From a virus, in IMG/VR virus record IMGVR_UViG_3300032053_000032, positions 21,028-85,027 of that record: DNA of 64,000 nucleotides. One strand, written 5' to 3'. The stretch's first letter is position 1, and each line of letters opens with the position of its first letter. Below the pieces are notes generated by a model. The model had not been told where the DNA came from. It searched no databases and saw nothing but the letters and a program-made list of their open reading frames with translations. Of this stretch, positions 44,684-54,503 are shown piece after piece. The translations under genes were made by a program, and so were the position numbers.

Positions 44684-45706
44684 ATGAGCACGACACGCAA
44701 AAAGGCCGACTACGTTGAGAAGGTTGCCGAGACGCTGCGCGCCAAGTTCGGCAGCAAGGCGGTGACCCGTCTTGGAACGGACGATGCCAAGTCAGAGGTG
44801 ACGGAGGTCATCCCAACAGGGATCGCTCCGCTCGACCATTACCTGTTCGCCTGTGGTGGTCTTCCAGTCGGACGCATGATCGAGGTCTTCAGCGATGAAG
44901 GTGGTGGCAAGTCCGCGTTCCTGCTTCACTGCCTTGCCAAGACGCAGGAGGTGGGTGGGCTCGCTGTCCTCGCCGAAACGGAGCACGCCTTCCGCAAGGA
45001 GCGCGCGGAAACGTACGGTGTCGTTACCCCCGACCTGCTCCTCGGCGACGACCTGGGCTATATGGAGAACGTCCTGCTCTGGCTGGAGACGGCCATCAAG
45101 ACCATCCCAGCCAACGTAGGGCCTGTCCTCGTCTCGTGGGATTCCCTGGCCTCTACACCGACCAAGCGTGAGGTAGAGGAGGGCCTTGACGGAGGAGCCA
45201 CCATCGGCGAGCGCGCGCGGCTCCTGTCCAACGCGATGCGCGTCATCATGCCGCTCATCGCGCGGAAGCGCGTCCACTTCCTGATCGTGAACCAGACCCG
45301 CATGAAGATCGGCGTCATGTTCGGCCCGAACACCACGACGCCCGGCGGCGCCGCCGTGAAGTTCCACGCCTCGATGCGGATCCAGTTGTTCACTGGGAAG
45401 TCGACCAAGGACGGTCGCGAGCACGCCGGCAAGCAGGTAACGTTCCTCGCGCTCAAGACCCGCTTCAGCCCTCCATGGCGCAAGGTTCAGGCGCACCTCG
45501 ACTTCACCAACGGCTGGGACGCCGACAGGACGTTGCTGAACTTTGCCAAGGACAAGAAGCTCATCCCAGCGCGGTCGCGCTCTGTGCCGGATGCCCTCGC
45601 CGCTTGTCAGGCAGCGAAGTGGTCCTTCGTAGACACGGAGGAAACTGTCGGGGATCCTCCAAGTCAGGACGACGACCCCGTGGAAGCTGACGAAGGAGGT
45701 CCGTAG
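44684..45706 (+). CDS. recA: RecA/UvsX recombinase
   Basis: 'GGLPVGRMIEV..EGGGKS', 'WDSLA', 'NQTRMKIGVMFG..TTPGG.A.KFHAS.R'. Confidence 0.95.
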   Translation: MSTTRKKADYVEKVAETLRAKFGSKAVTRLGTDDAKSEVTEVIPTGIAPLDHYLFACGGLPVGRMIEVFSDEGGGKSAFLLHCLAKTQEVGGLAVLAETEHAFRKERAETYGVVTPDLLLGDDLGYMENVLLWLETAIKTIPANVGPVLVSWDSLASTPTKREVEEGLDGGATIGERARLLSNAMRVIMPLIARKRVHFLIVNQTRMKIGVMFGPNTTTPGGAAVKFHASMRIQLFTGKSTKDGREHAGKQVTFLALKTRFSPPWRKVQAHLDFTNGWDADRTLLNFAKDKKLIPARSRSVPDALAACQAAKWSFVDTEETVGDPPSQDDDPVEADEGGP

Positions 45707-46825
45707 GTGCTGCGACTCGCGCTCATCGCAGACTGTCACGTTGGGAACCATGCGAGGTTCGGTGGTCCCATTACCGCTGGGCTCAACCTCCGCTGCCGCA
45801 TAATCTTGGACTCGATCAGGAAGGCTGCCTGGCTCGCAGCCGATACCCGCAGCGAGCTAGTCATCCTCGGCGACCTGTTCGACACGGTTACCCCGACGCC
45901 GCAGATCGTCGCTGCTGTCGGAGACGCTCTTACCCGCGTGAGTCACGTTCACATGCTCGTCGGGAACCACGATCAAGTGAGCTTGCTGAACGGGGATCAT
46001 GCTCTCGGACCGCTGAGCAAGATGCCCAACGTGACCGTGTACCAGTCTCCCGACATCATGTACGCCGGCACCGAGGAGGTCTGGTTCGTCCCATTCCGAC
46101 CCGGTGACGCCCGTGCCTGGCTCCCTGGTGTTCTCGCCGACCTAGAGGCTGCCGCCGATCTGGTTCATCGGGGCGTTGACGCTCACCGGCTGGAGGGTCG
46201 CATCCTCGCGCTGCACCTCGGGCTCGAACGCGCTGAGATCGCGCCCTTCATGAAGGGCCATTACGACGCCATCCCGATTGGCCAGCTCGACGAGCTGTGC
46301 AAGCAGTTTAGTATCACGCACGTGTTCGCCGGCAACTGGCATTCTCGATGGGAGGGTCGAGGCCCGAAGTCCCGTGCATACCTGATGCAGGTGGGCACGC
46401 TAGCGCCGACCGGGTGGGATAATCTAGGCGCGCGCAACTACGGTACCGTCGCGCTATTCAGCCAGGGCGATGTCGAGATAGAGGAGGTTGTCGGACCACG
46501 CTTCCTCACCGTGAAGTCCGACGATGACCTAGCTGCCGCTTTCCTCCTGCGCGAGCAGCATCACGTCTTCGTGCGCGAGTTCGTAGCCGACGGCAGGTTT
46601 CCCTGCCCTGCTGATGAAGCCAAGAAGTTCGCTGGCTACGAAGTCGCGCGGGACAAGCAAGAGACGACCATCGCCGTGCGCACCGCTGCAACCGTCGCCC
46701 GATCCGCATCTACGATGGACGAGGCGCTCGTCGGGTTCATCGCGGAGATGGGCCTGGAGGACGGCATCGATCGCTCCGCTGTACTGGCGCAAGCCAAGCT
46801 GTACCTCGCCAAGGAGACGTCGTGA
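45707..46825 (+). CDS. sbcD: SbcD/Mre11-like metallophosphoesterase nuclease
   Basis: 'ADCH', 'GDLFD', 'GNHD', 'GNWH'. Confidence 0.88.
   Translation: MLRLALIADCHVGNHARFGGPITAGLNLRCRIILDSIRKAAWLAADTRSELVILGDLFDTVTPTPQIVAAVGDALTRVSHVHMLVGNHDQVSLLNGDHALGPLSKMPNVTVYQSPDIMYAGTEEVWFVPFRPGDARAWLPGVLADLEAAADLVHRGVDAHRLEGRILALHLGLERAEIAPFMKGHYDAIPIGQLDELCKQFSITHVFAGNWHSRWEGRGPKSRAYLMQVGTLAPTGWDNLGARNYGTVALFSQGDVEIEEVVGPRFLTVKSDDDLAAAFLLREQHHVFVREFVADGRFPCPADEAKKFAGYEVARDKQETTIAVRTAATVARSASTMDEALVGFIAEMGLEDGIDRSAVLAQAKLYLAKETS
46108..46148 (+). repeat. 41-bp exact direct repeat, copy A
   Basis: CGCCCGTGCCTGGCTCCCTGGTGTTCTCGCCGACCTAGAGG, also at 59600-59640. Confidence 0.9.
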
Positions 46826-47502
46826 TCCTCTCCGACTCGTCGATCAAGGCCGCCCGTGCACGGGGCGAGATCGTCATCACCCCGTGGGATCTAGATGCGC
46901 TCGGTCCCAACTCCTACGATGTCCACCTCGGCCCTGAGGTGCTCGTGCAGCGCCGCTACCTCGCGAACGGCTACGGAGGACATGACCTTCGCCCTCTCGA
47001 TGCCGCGGTGGAGTTCCCGCTGCTGAACCAGGACTACGTGCCGATCCCGCCGGAGGGACTGGTACTCAGCCCGGCGTGGCTCTACCTCGCCTCGACGCTG
47101 GAGTACACCGAGTCAAACGCGTACGTCCCGGTGCTCGATGGCAAGTCCAGCGTCGGGCGCCTCGGCGTGCGGATCCACGCGACCGCTGGCCGCGGTGATG
47201 TTGGGTTCAAGGGGCACTGGACGATGGAGATCGATGTCGTCCAGCCCGTGCGCCTCTACGCCGGGATGCCCATCGGCCAGCTCACCTTTCACCTCGTCCA
47301 CGGCGAGATCGAAAACCGCTACGATAAGCGCCCTACCTCCAAGTATGGTGGGACGACGAACTCGCGCCCGCAGGCGAGCAAGATGTTCAAGAACTTCCCG
47401 CTGCCGCTGCGCTGTCAGGTCTGCGGCGCCGTCGTGCGGGAGGGGCTCGTCGTGTGCAGCGGGCTCTCGCCGTGCCTATCGACCTACACTGCACGACGAT
47501 GA
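46822..47502 (+). CDS. dcd: dCTP deaminase
   Basis: 'ILSD', 'PNSYDVHLG', 'GKSSVGRLG..H.TAG.GD.GF.G.WTMEI'. Confidence 0.92.
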   Translation: MILSDSSIKAARARGEIVITPWDLDALGPNSYDVHLGPEVLVQRRYLANGYGGHDLRPLDAAVEFPLLNQDYVPIPPEGLVLSPAWLYLASTLEYTESNAYVPVLDGKSSVGRLGVRIHATAGRGDVGFKGHWTMEIDVVQPVRLYAGMPIGQLTFHLVHGEIENRYDKRPTSKYGGTTNSRPQASKMFKNFPLPLRCQVCGAVVREGLVVCSGLSPCLSTYTARR

Positions 47503-48347
47503 CCGCCGCACCGATTGTGAAGTGGGTCGGAGGGAAGACGAGCACGGCTCAGGCTCTCGCGCGGGTGGTTGTCAGCCGACGACCCGCGCAGCGGGGTGGG
47601 CGATACATTGAACCGTTCCTGGGAGGGGCTTCCGTCGCGCTTGCTGTAGAGTCGCGCACCGGCGTTCCGCTGCTGCTGAGCGACCTATGCAGCCCGCTCA
47701 TCGCGACCTACCAGGCTGTGCGGGCTCAGCCTGAGAAGGTTCACGCTGAGTTGACTGGCCTCTACGATGAGGTGGGCACGGACGCTGAGGCCTACGCTGA
47801 GGTGCGAGGGTATGCACCAGCCACGTTCACTATGATCGCCGCCCGGTTCCTGTACCTCAACGCTCTCTGCTTCAACGGGCTATACCGTGAGAACTCCGAC
47901 GGTGACTTCAACGTCCCGTTCGGGAAGCGGGTGAACCCGTCTCCTCGCAAACTAGAGGAGCTAGTCGCGTGGGCAGACGCGATGAAGACAGCCGAAATTT
48001 TTCTCAGTGGATTCAGGAAAGCAGTAGCTGCCGCCGCTAGCGGTGACTTCGTATTCGCTGACCCGCCATACCACGGCACCTTCTCCAACTACCTCGCGGA
48101 TGGGTTTACCGATGCTGATCACGTGGACCTGTCGACCTCCTTGCAGCAGGCGTACGAACGTGGTGCCGACGTCATCGTTACGAACGCGGATACCCCGTTC
48201 ATCCGAGATATCTACCGCTGGGCTGAAATTCGCATGTCCGATGAGCGGCGCAGCGTGAATCGCGACGGAGCTGGGCGAGGACTGGCCCCGTGTCTCCTGA
48301 TCGCCTCGTCTGAAGATCTCTTCCCGGACGCCCAAGTCATCTCCTGA
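47499..48347 (+). CDS. dam: DNA adenine methyltransferase (Dam/D12 class)
   Basis: 'KWVGGK', 'YIEPFLGGASV', 'FNGLYREN..FNVPFG', 'DPPY'. Confidence 0.92.
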   Translation: MTAAPIVKWVGGKTSTAQALARVVVSRRPAQRGGRYIEPFLGGASVALAVESRTGVPLLLSDLCSPLIATYQAVRAQPEKVHAELTGLYDEVGTDAEAYAEVRGYAPATFTMIAARFLYLNALCFNGLYRENSDGDFNVPFGKRVNPSPRKLEELVAWADAMKTAEIFLSGFRKAVAAAASGDFVFADPPYHGTFSNYLADGFTDADHVDLSTSLQQAYERGADVIVTNADTPFIRDIYRWAEIRMSDERRSVNRDGAGRGLAPCLLIASSEDLFPDAQVIS

Positions 48348-49969
48348 TGCACGTCCAACAGCTCAAGATCAGCGACTTCATGTCTCACGATGCGAGCGTG
48401 ATCAACTTCCCGTCGTCTGGGATCGTCGTCGTCACAGGCGAAAATGGCGCTGGGAAGTCGTCCATCATTGAAGCCACTGCCGTGGGCCTGTGGGGGCGCT
48501 CGCTTCGCGGCACGAATCCCTGGCGCAAAGAAGCTGCTGGGCAGGTGCTCGTCACGACGGACAAGCTCGTGGTCTACCGGAACCGTTCTGCTTCGCGCAC
48601 CTCGATGCACTGGCGCCTGGCGACCGAAGTCGACGGGGTGTCGTTCGAGTCGACCACCAAGGCGCAGGCAGCCCTGGAAGATCACGTTGGCACGTTCGAC
48701 GTTTGGCGCCGGACTCACTGCTTTTCGGCTTCCGATGCCAGCCACTTCACGATGGCCACGGACGGTGAGCGCAAGCGGCTGCTAGAGTCGATTCTCGGAA
48801 TCGACAGGTTCGACGCTGCTCTTAACCTCTGCCGGTTGGACATACGGAGCGCGCAGGTAGCCGCTTCAGGCGCCCGAGAGGAGCAGGCCAAGTACATCGA
48901 GCGCGTCGCCCGCTACGAAAAGCAGATCGCCGATCTCAACGTTGCTGCTCCCAAAGCGTCGACCGCGGATCCTGCTGATCTTGAGAGAAAGATGGCGACG
49001 CTCATCAAGCTGGAAGTTGGATGCCGTGCTGACATTGCTGCCGCGAACGCGCTCCTCGCTGCGATGGCGCGCGTGACCGGGCAGATCGAGGAGCGGCTCC
49101 GGGTAGCGCGTCTGCGCGGCAAGGCACCCACGGTTTGCAGCTCGTGCGGGCAGAAGCTACCGGCCCACAAGCTTCACGACTACGCCGCCGAGACGTCAGC
49201 CCTCATCGCAGAACTGGACGCGCTCACGGTGGATCAAGCTGAAGAGGCTGCTGGTCTTCACGCGTCCTGCTCTGAACTAAGCGATGAACTAGCTAGCATC
49301 AGGACGCGCTATCAAGGTGTAAGCACCAAGCTACAGGAGGCCCGTGTTGTCGCCGAACGGCTAGCTACGTACGACCAGCTTCGCGGACTGGCTCAGGTAG
49401 GGCTCACGGCCGCGCAGGATGCCCTCCAGCAAGCTGCGAGCAAGATCACCGCGGCGAACTCCAAGCTCGCGCTGCTTGACGCCGTAGCGACCGTGTTGGG
49501 ACTTCGTGGTGTTCGCGCTCATGTGCTCGGGCGGGCGCTCTCGGGCATCGAGACGTGCGCCAACTCCTGGCTAGGGCGCATCGCTGGTCCCGACCTGCAG
49601 CTCACGCTGAAGTCCTACGTTGAGAAGAAGTCCGGCGGCGTGTCGGACGCGCTCGGTCTGGAGATCCGCGGCGCGGGCGGCGGGGAAGGGTACCGTGCAG
49701 CATCCGGTGGTGAGCGCCGCCGCATCGACATCGCTCTCCTGCTCGCGCTCGCTGAAGTCTCACAGCAAGCCTTCGGGCAGGATCCAGGCACGCTGTTCTT
49801 CGATGAGGTCTTCGACGCGCTTGACGCCGATGGGGTAGAAGCCGTATCCGTCGCGCTTGGTGAGCTAGCAGAGGACCGCGTCGTGGTAATCGTGAGCCAC
49901 TCGTCGGAGCTTGTCGCGCGGCTTCCTGCTACGTTGCGCCTGCACGTTTCCCACGGAAAGGTTTCCTGA
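48347..49969 (+). CDS. sbcC: SbcC/Rad50-like ABC ATPase
   Basis: 'GENGAGKSS', zinc hook 'CSSCGQ', 'SGGERRR', 'FFDEVFDALD', 'VSH'. Confidence 0.92.
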   Translation: MHVQQLKISDFMSHDASVINFPSSGIVVVTGENGAGKSSIIEATAVGLWGRSLRGTNPWRKEAAGQVLVTTDKLVVYRNRSASRTSMHWRLATEVDGVSFESTTKAQAALEDHVGTFDVWRRTHCFSASDASHFTMATDGERKRLLESILGIDRFDAALNLCRLDIRSAQVAASGAREEQAKYIERVARYEKQIADLNVAAPKASTADPADLERKMATLIKLEVGCRADIAAANALLAAMARVTGQIEERLRVARLRGKAPTVCSSCGQKLPAHKLHDYAAETSALIAELDALTVDQAEEAAGLHASCSELSDELASIRTRYQGVSTKLQEARVVAERLATYDQLRGLAQVGLTAAQDALQQAASKITAANSKLALLDAVATVLGLRGVRAHVLGRALSGIETCANSWLGRIAGPDLQLTLKSYVEKKSGGVSDALGLEIRGAGGGEGYRAASGGERRRIDIALLLALAEVSQQAFGQDPGTLFFDEVFDALDADGVEAVSVALGELAEDRVVVIVSHSSELVARLPATLRLHVSHGKVS

Positions 49970-50541
49970 TGGACGCCAAGATCACTTCGCCGAATCCGCT
50001 ATCTGCTCCTGTTCACCCGCTCGACTCTCTCAAGTGGGTAGACCCGACCACGCTGCACGCGAATGGCTGGAATCCGAATCGCGTATTCGGCCCCGAGTTT
50101 GAGCTGCTGAAGCTCTCAATCCTTGAAGATGGGTGGACGCAGCCCGTAGTCGCTCGCCCAGATGGCACCATCATCGACGGCTTTCACCGCTGGACCTTGT
50201 CCCTGAAGGATGAAGACGTCCGCCGCGTATCTGGCGGCCTTGTCCCGGTGGTCTTCACGCGTTCGACCGACGCCGCTGCACAGATGATGTCGACCGTGCG
50301 GCACAACCGCGCGCGCGGACAGCACGGGATTCTGGCGATGGGTGAGATCGTCCGCACGATCCGCGCGGAGGGCGTATCCGACGAGGAGATCTGCCGCCGC
50401 CTCGGGATGGAGATCGAGGAGCTGGACCGTCTCGGCGAGACGCGCTCGATGGCAGAGCGGCACGGTCAGGACTCGTTCGGGAAGGGATGGGTCCCGGTTC
50501 CAGAAGCTGGCGGGCTCTCCAAGAAAAAGAAGAAGTCCTAG
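49969..50541 (+). CDS. ibrB: ParB/Srx-like protein, IbrB/YbdM family
   Basis: 'ANGWNPN.V..E.ELL..SI.EDGWTQPVV', 'IIDGFHRW', 'STVRHNRARG.H'. Confidence 0.85.
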   Translation: MDAKITSPNPLSAPVHPLDSLKWVDPTTLHANGWNPNRVFGPEFELLKLSILEDGWTQPVVARPDGTIIDGFHRWTLSLKDEDVRRVSGGLVPVVFTRSTDAAAQMMSTVRHNRARGQHGILAMGEIVRTIRAEGVSDEEICRRLGMEIEELDRLGETRSMAERHGQDSFGKGWVPVPEAGGLSKKKKKS

Positions 50542-51734
50542 CTGTCGTCCTCTTCGAGCATCCCCTGATCGTTTGCGATCAGCTCAACTGGAATCGCCGC
50601 CATCGCTGCGTACTGCATGCGTCCCTTGAAATCCCCCTTCATCACGACCTTGAGCAGGTACTTCCAGTACGAGTCGATTACTGGCTTGTTGCCGGTCTTC
50701 TTGTTCCAGTACCTGAGCGACCACCGTACGCATTCAGCGATGCGCGGACGGTCGGCCGGCATCCACTTTAGGATCTCCTCGCGAACGCGCTCCTCCCACG
50801 TCTGTCCAGGCGCAGGACCAGGGATGTCCGCAGCGCTCGCTCCATACAGAGGCGACCTGCTGTACTTCGCCGCTGTGCGGGCACCTGGTACCCTACCGAT
50901 GCACTTCTCCCACAGCTCTGGCCAGCAGAGCGCCCAGTACCAGAGGCCGCGTGACGGCTCCTCGCCGAACGGCGGTGCGCACCGCTGCGAAGCCATGGGA
51001 ACCCCAACTGCCGAGAGGAGTTCGTACGTCTTGTTGGTATCCCAGCCGAACTTGGCCGGCGCTGTCCAGACGTCCTCGGTCTTCCAGTCATAGATGGGCT
51101 TCGCCTTGTAGATCCCGTTACCGTCGGCGAAGTTGTCCACGTGGATGTAATTGTCCTCGGTCCGCCCGATGACCGAGTGATACCTCAGCATGGACTCTTG
51201 AGCGCGCACGCCGTTCAACTGGCAAACCGTTCCCCACTCGCGGGGGTAGATGAACTCGTTACACTTCGGCATCGAGCGCCGTTCCCAGCGTGGGAGCATG
51301 TCAGCCGTGATCGCCCCTTCGGGCAGAGCGCGTACCCAGATCTTCTCGTCTTCGGGTGCCCACGGTGACCACCACGGCTGACGCTCGGAGCAGGAGTTCC
51401 TGTGCATCACGGGTAGGCACAGCCACCGGAGGTTCACGCCGTCCATCTGCCGGACGCGCTCGACGTACTCCACGGTTTGCAGGCTGATGCACTCCTCGTC
51501 GAAGAACGCTACGTCGATCGGGAGCTTGCCCTTCTGACGCGCAACATCGAGTGCAACCTGCAGGACCACGGTCGAGTCCTTGCCACCAGAGAACGCCACC
51601 GAGATACGGTCGAACCTGTCGACCAGCTTGGCAACGCGCTCGCACGACATGTCGTACACGTTCTCGGTGGAGAACTCGCGCCGCACCTTTGGTAGATAGC
51701 CTTCCTTGGCAAACTCGCGGCGTACCTTGCTCAC
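50538..51734 (-). CDS. ibrA: PAPS-reductase-fold (PP-loop) protein, IbrA/YbdN (DUF3440) family
   Basis: 'FSGGKDS', 'W.CLP', 'GVRAQES..RY', 'PIYDWKTEDVW', 'PELWEK..RVPG'. Confidence 0.88.
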   Translation of the reverse strand: MSKVRREFAKEGYLPKVRREFSTENVYDMSCERVAKLVDRFDRISVAFSGGKDSTVVLQVALDVARQKGKLPIDVAFFDEECISLQTVEYVERVRQMDGVNLRWLCLPVMHRNSCSERQPWWSPWAPEDEKIWVRALPEGAITADMLPRWERRSMPKCNEFIYPREWGTVCQLNGVRAQESMLRYHSVIGRTEDNYIHVDNFADGNGIYKAKPIYDWKTEDVWTAPAKFGWDTNKTYELLSAVGVPMASQRCAPPFGEEPSRGLWYWALCWPELWEKCIGRVPGARTAAKYSRSPLYGASAADIPGPAPGQTWEERVREEILKWMPADRPRIAECVRWSLRYWNKKTGNKPVIDSYWKYLLKVVMKGDFKGRMQYAAMAAIPVELIANDQGMLEEDDS

Positions 51735-52570
51735 TTGGGTGTCAACCCACGTCCCGAGCCAACGATCTTGCTGCGTCTCTCCGGAGAGAGCGAGAGGATC
51801 TCCTCGATCTGCGCGCTGTACTTCGTGAGGATCGACGGCTCAAGGCGCATCGTGTCTTCTCGGGAGGCGAGAGGCCATGCCACACCTCCGAGCTTGAAGC
51901 CACCCTCGATGGCGTAGAAGGCCGGTAGCTTCAGATCGTGCTTGGCCATGTACGCGAATACCGCCTCGTGCGGCCAATCGTAGATCGGATTGACGACGGT
52001 GTAGCCATCCTTGCTGCGGTTGAAACCCTCGCCGTTTCCGACGTGATTCCCGTCGATAGTGCGTCGTCCAAGCAAGACCGCATCGAGGTTGTACTTCTTA
52101 AAGAAGAGGCGCTGCGCTCGCCAGTTCATGCTCATGCCGGTCGTGCTGTCCTTGGAGAAGCTCTTTTCCCGGCCTACACGTCCAGGCCAGAAGGCCGTGG
52201 GGTTCTTGCGGAGCCAATCCCAGCTCAGCCCTCGGTCCGTGCGGATCACTCCAGGTGGCGTGTGCTTCGCCAGGAAGTCGACGAACGTCGTGAACTCGAA
52301 CGTTGGCTCAACAACGATGATGAAGCCGTCCCGGATGCCAAGCTGAGCGAGCGCCAGGTGGTACAGAACTTGTGAGTCCTTACCCCCAGACCAGCCAACG
52401 AACAGTCGCGGCCCGATGTCCTTCTGCGCCTTTTCGATCCGCCGGACCGCTCGCCCTACGAACTCGTCCAGCTCCTCTTCGGAGATGTAGTCGAACGGGT
52501 TGGCCTGCACGATGCGCCACGCGCTGTCCGGGATGTTCTTGCTGTGCTTGACCCCGAGGATCGTGTGCAT
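51731..52570 (-). CDS. Second PAPS-reductase-fold (PP-loop) protein
   Basis: 'WSGGKDS', 'LGRRTIDGN', 'PIYDWPHE'. Confidence 0.85.
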   Translation of the reverse strand: MHTILGVKHSKNIPDSAWRIVQANPFDYISEEELDEFVGRAVRRIEKAQKDIGPRLFVGWSGGKDSQVLYHLALAQLGIRDGFIIVVEPTFEFTTFVDFLAKHTPPGVIRTDRGLSWDWLRKNPTAFWPGRVGREKSFSKDSTTGMSMNWRAQRLFFKKYNLDAVLLGRRTIDGNHVGNGEGFNRSKDGYTVVNPIYDWPHEAVFAYMAKHDLKLPAFYAIEGGFKLGGVAWPLASREDTMRLEPSILTKYSAQIEEILSLSPERRSKIVGSGRGLTPK

Positions 52571-52572
52571 AA

Positions 52573-53289
52573 TTACGCGCCTTCGTGCTTGGTCGAGTCC
52601 GCGTTGATGTACGTGCGGTTCTTCATCGGGTGCATCGTGTCCGACGGTCCCCAGTCCGAGTCCGGATGGAATGCGATGATGTCCATGTCCTCGTCGGACT
52701 CCGTCGTTCGGAAGGAGTGCATCTCCTGAGCATCGAGCGCGAAGATGCAGCCTGGCGACAGCGCGTGCTCCCACATGTCACTCCTGCCGATCCTGTTCGG
52801 ACCGAAGGCGATCCCGTGACCGCGCGCCACGACGCCGAGTCGGATCGACGGGTGCGTGTGCTGCGACTGCTTGATCCCCGGAGGGAAGTGCAGGTAGTTC
52901 AGAACCGGGTCGCCAAGGCGCGCCGGGTAGGCCAGCATCGAGTCGGAGCAGCCGTCGATGTAGCTGAGGCGCCCCTGCTTCTCCGTGCCGCCCATCGAGA
53001 GCTGCGCGCGATGCCCGTAGCGGTAGAACACCACGACCTTCCCATCGGCGTCTGGGGTGAGTATCCACTCACCTGGTATCGCGAAGAAGCTGCCCTCCTT
53101 GAGGGTTGCCAAGATCCCGGGCGCGCTGACTTCGGCGTATCCGGAGAGCACATAGCCGTAAGAGGTCCCGGTCCGCTCGCCGACTTCCTGACCTACCCCG
53201 GTCGGCCCGTACACGACCAGCTTGGACGGGTACATGGTTTCGCTGAAGTCGAACTGGTCGCCGTGCTTCGGTTCCTTGATGAGCTTCAT
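52573..53289 (-). CDS. Cupin-fold metalloprotein
   Basis: 'LHFPPG..Q.QHTHPS.R.G.V..G.G' and 'E.HSF.T'; 'YIDGCSDS'. Confidence 0.8.
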   Translation of the reverse strand: MKLIKEPKHGDQFDFSETMYPSKLVVYGPTGVGQEVGERTGTSYGYVLSGYAEVSAPGILATLKEGSFFAIPGEWILTPDADGKVVVFYRYGHRAQLSMGGTEKQGRLSYIDGCSDSMLAYPARLGDPVLNYLHFPPGIKQSQHTHPSIRLGVVARGHGIAFGPNRIGRSDMWEHALSPGCIFALDAQEMHSFRTTESDEDMDIIAFHPDSDWGPSDTMHPMKNRTYINADSTKHEGA

Positions 53290-53298
53290 CGTCGTCTC

Positions 53299-54006
53299 CT
53301 ACTCCGCTTGAGTGTCCGTGAACGTCTCGCAGATGCGCGCCAAGGCATCTGCGGTTGTGCCGCCGTCCTTCTTCTTCGACTGCTTCAGCGCCGCCAGCAC
53401 CGTGAGGTTCTGCTCCTTGGTGAGCGACACCGAGAAGTTGAGGAACTCCGAAGGAGGCAGGGCTGCCGCGGGGCCATGACCTGTCTCGTTCGTACCACCT
53501 GGTGGGGGTGCTGTCATGTCATCGAGGAAGGACGTCCCAGCCGCAGCGAGCTGTTCGATCTCGACCGACGTGAATCCTGTGGTCTTGACGATCCAGTCAG
53601 CCGTCGCCTTGGACGGATCCTGCGCCATCATCTCGTCGATGTACGCGGTCAGCCCGGCGTAGTCCCAGTCTGCGGAGATGCGGTTGAGCGCGAGCACCAG
53701 CGCCTTCGCTTGGGTGTCGTCGGTAACATCCACGATCACGACGTGAACCTTGGCCGCGCCGCTCGTCTTCAGCTCGTCGTACCTGTGATGGCCGTTCAGG
53801 ATCTCGTAACGGCCCTTGGTCTTCCCCTCCCGGACGATGATCGGCTCGACCACGCCGAACTCGTGAAGCGAGCTGTGCAGAACCGCCTTCATCCCTGCCT
53901 GCATCACGCGAGGGTTGCCCGCGGCGAACCCATCGATCTTATCGAGAGGCACCTCCGCGAGCTTCTTGATCCTGGAAACAGGGGCGCTTAGCGTCGTGGT
54001 TGTCAT
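53299..54006 (-). CDS. ParB N-terminal-domain protein
   Basis: 'NPRVM..SL.EFG.VEPIIV..YEILNGHHR'. Confidence 0.85.
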   Translation of the reverse strand: MTTTTLSAPVSRIKKLAEVPLDKIDGFAAGNPRVMQAGMKAVLHSSLHEFGVVEPIIVREGKTKGRYEILNGHHRYDELKTSGAAKVHVVIVDVTDDTQAKALVLALNRISADWDYAGLTAYIDEMMAQDPSKATADWIVKTTGFTSVEIEQLAAAGTSFLDDMTAPPPGGTNETGHGPAAALPPSEFLNFSVSLTKEQNLTVLAALKQSKKKDGGTTADALARICETFTDTQAE

Positions 54007-54130
54007 CGAGGACAGTCTGCCTGGGATGCGCAAAAAGGACAAGCTGCTTAAGGCGCAGCAAGAAATCCCAAGTTAGGGCTACACTCCCGATGATGTCGGG
54101 AAAGGTGGACAGCAAGAAGGTGCGTGCACT

Positions 54131-54487
54131 TTGTGGCGGGTGACCAAAGTAGATGAACAGCTAGAGCACGGACTTCCATTCGCGTTCCGCCTTACATCAG
54201 GCGAGCTAGGCACCCAGAGCCTGCGCATCACGCACTTCCCTCGTCATGGAAGTCGTGCCTTCCTACGTCTGACGTATCCGCGCGACTTGATAGCTACAGA
54301 GCAGAGGTTCCTGTGTATGATTGACGAGTTAGCGCCTGTTCATGAAAGCTGCATCATCGGCTATGCGTTCCTCTCCGAGCTGGCCCTTGCTGATACAGAT
54401 CCCGGTGTAGCCCTCCTACACCGCTTCCAGCACGAAGCCTGCTTCGTGTGCTGTCCCTTCCTTGACCAGAATGTGCAGGCCAAGTAG
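54131..54487 (+). CDS. Hypothetical protein
   Basis: TTG start with AAGG upstream; atypical codon use. Confidence 0.3.
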   Translation: MWRVTKVDEQLEHGLPFAFRLTSGELGTQSLRITHFPRHGSRAFLRLTYPRDLIATEQRFLCMIDELAPVHESCIIGYAFLSELALADTDPGVALLHRFQHEACFVCCPFLDQNVQAK

Positions 54488-54503
54488 GATTGACCACATT
54501 CTC

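Noticed and set aside
51672-51734. KVRREF duplication at the IbrA N-terminus
   Set aside because: Short diverged tandem duplication with no evident function
50538-52570. Auxiliary sulfate-assimilation cysH genes
   Set aside because: Both lack the C-terminal ECGLH motif of true CysH, and their context is ParB/terminase
54090-54143. GGGAAAG slippery heptamer in a short ORF, in the -1 relation to ORF 54131-54487
   Set aside because: It lies at codons 2-4, no clear stimulator is present, and the downstream ORF has its own TTG with an upstream AAGG
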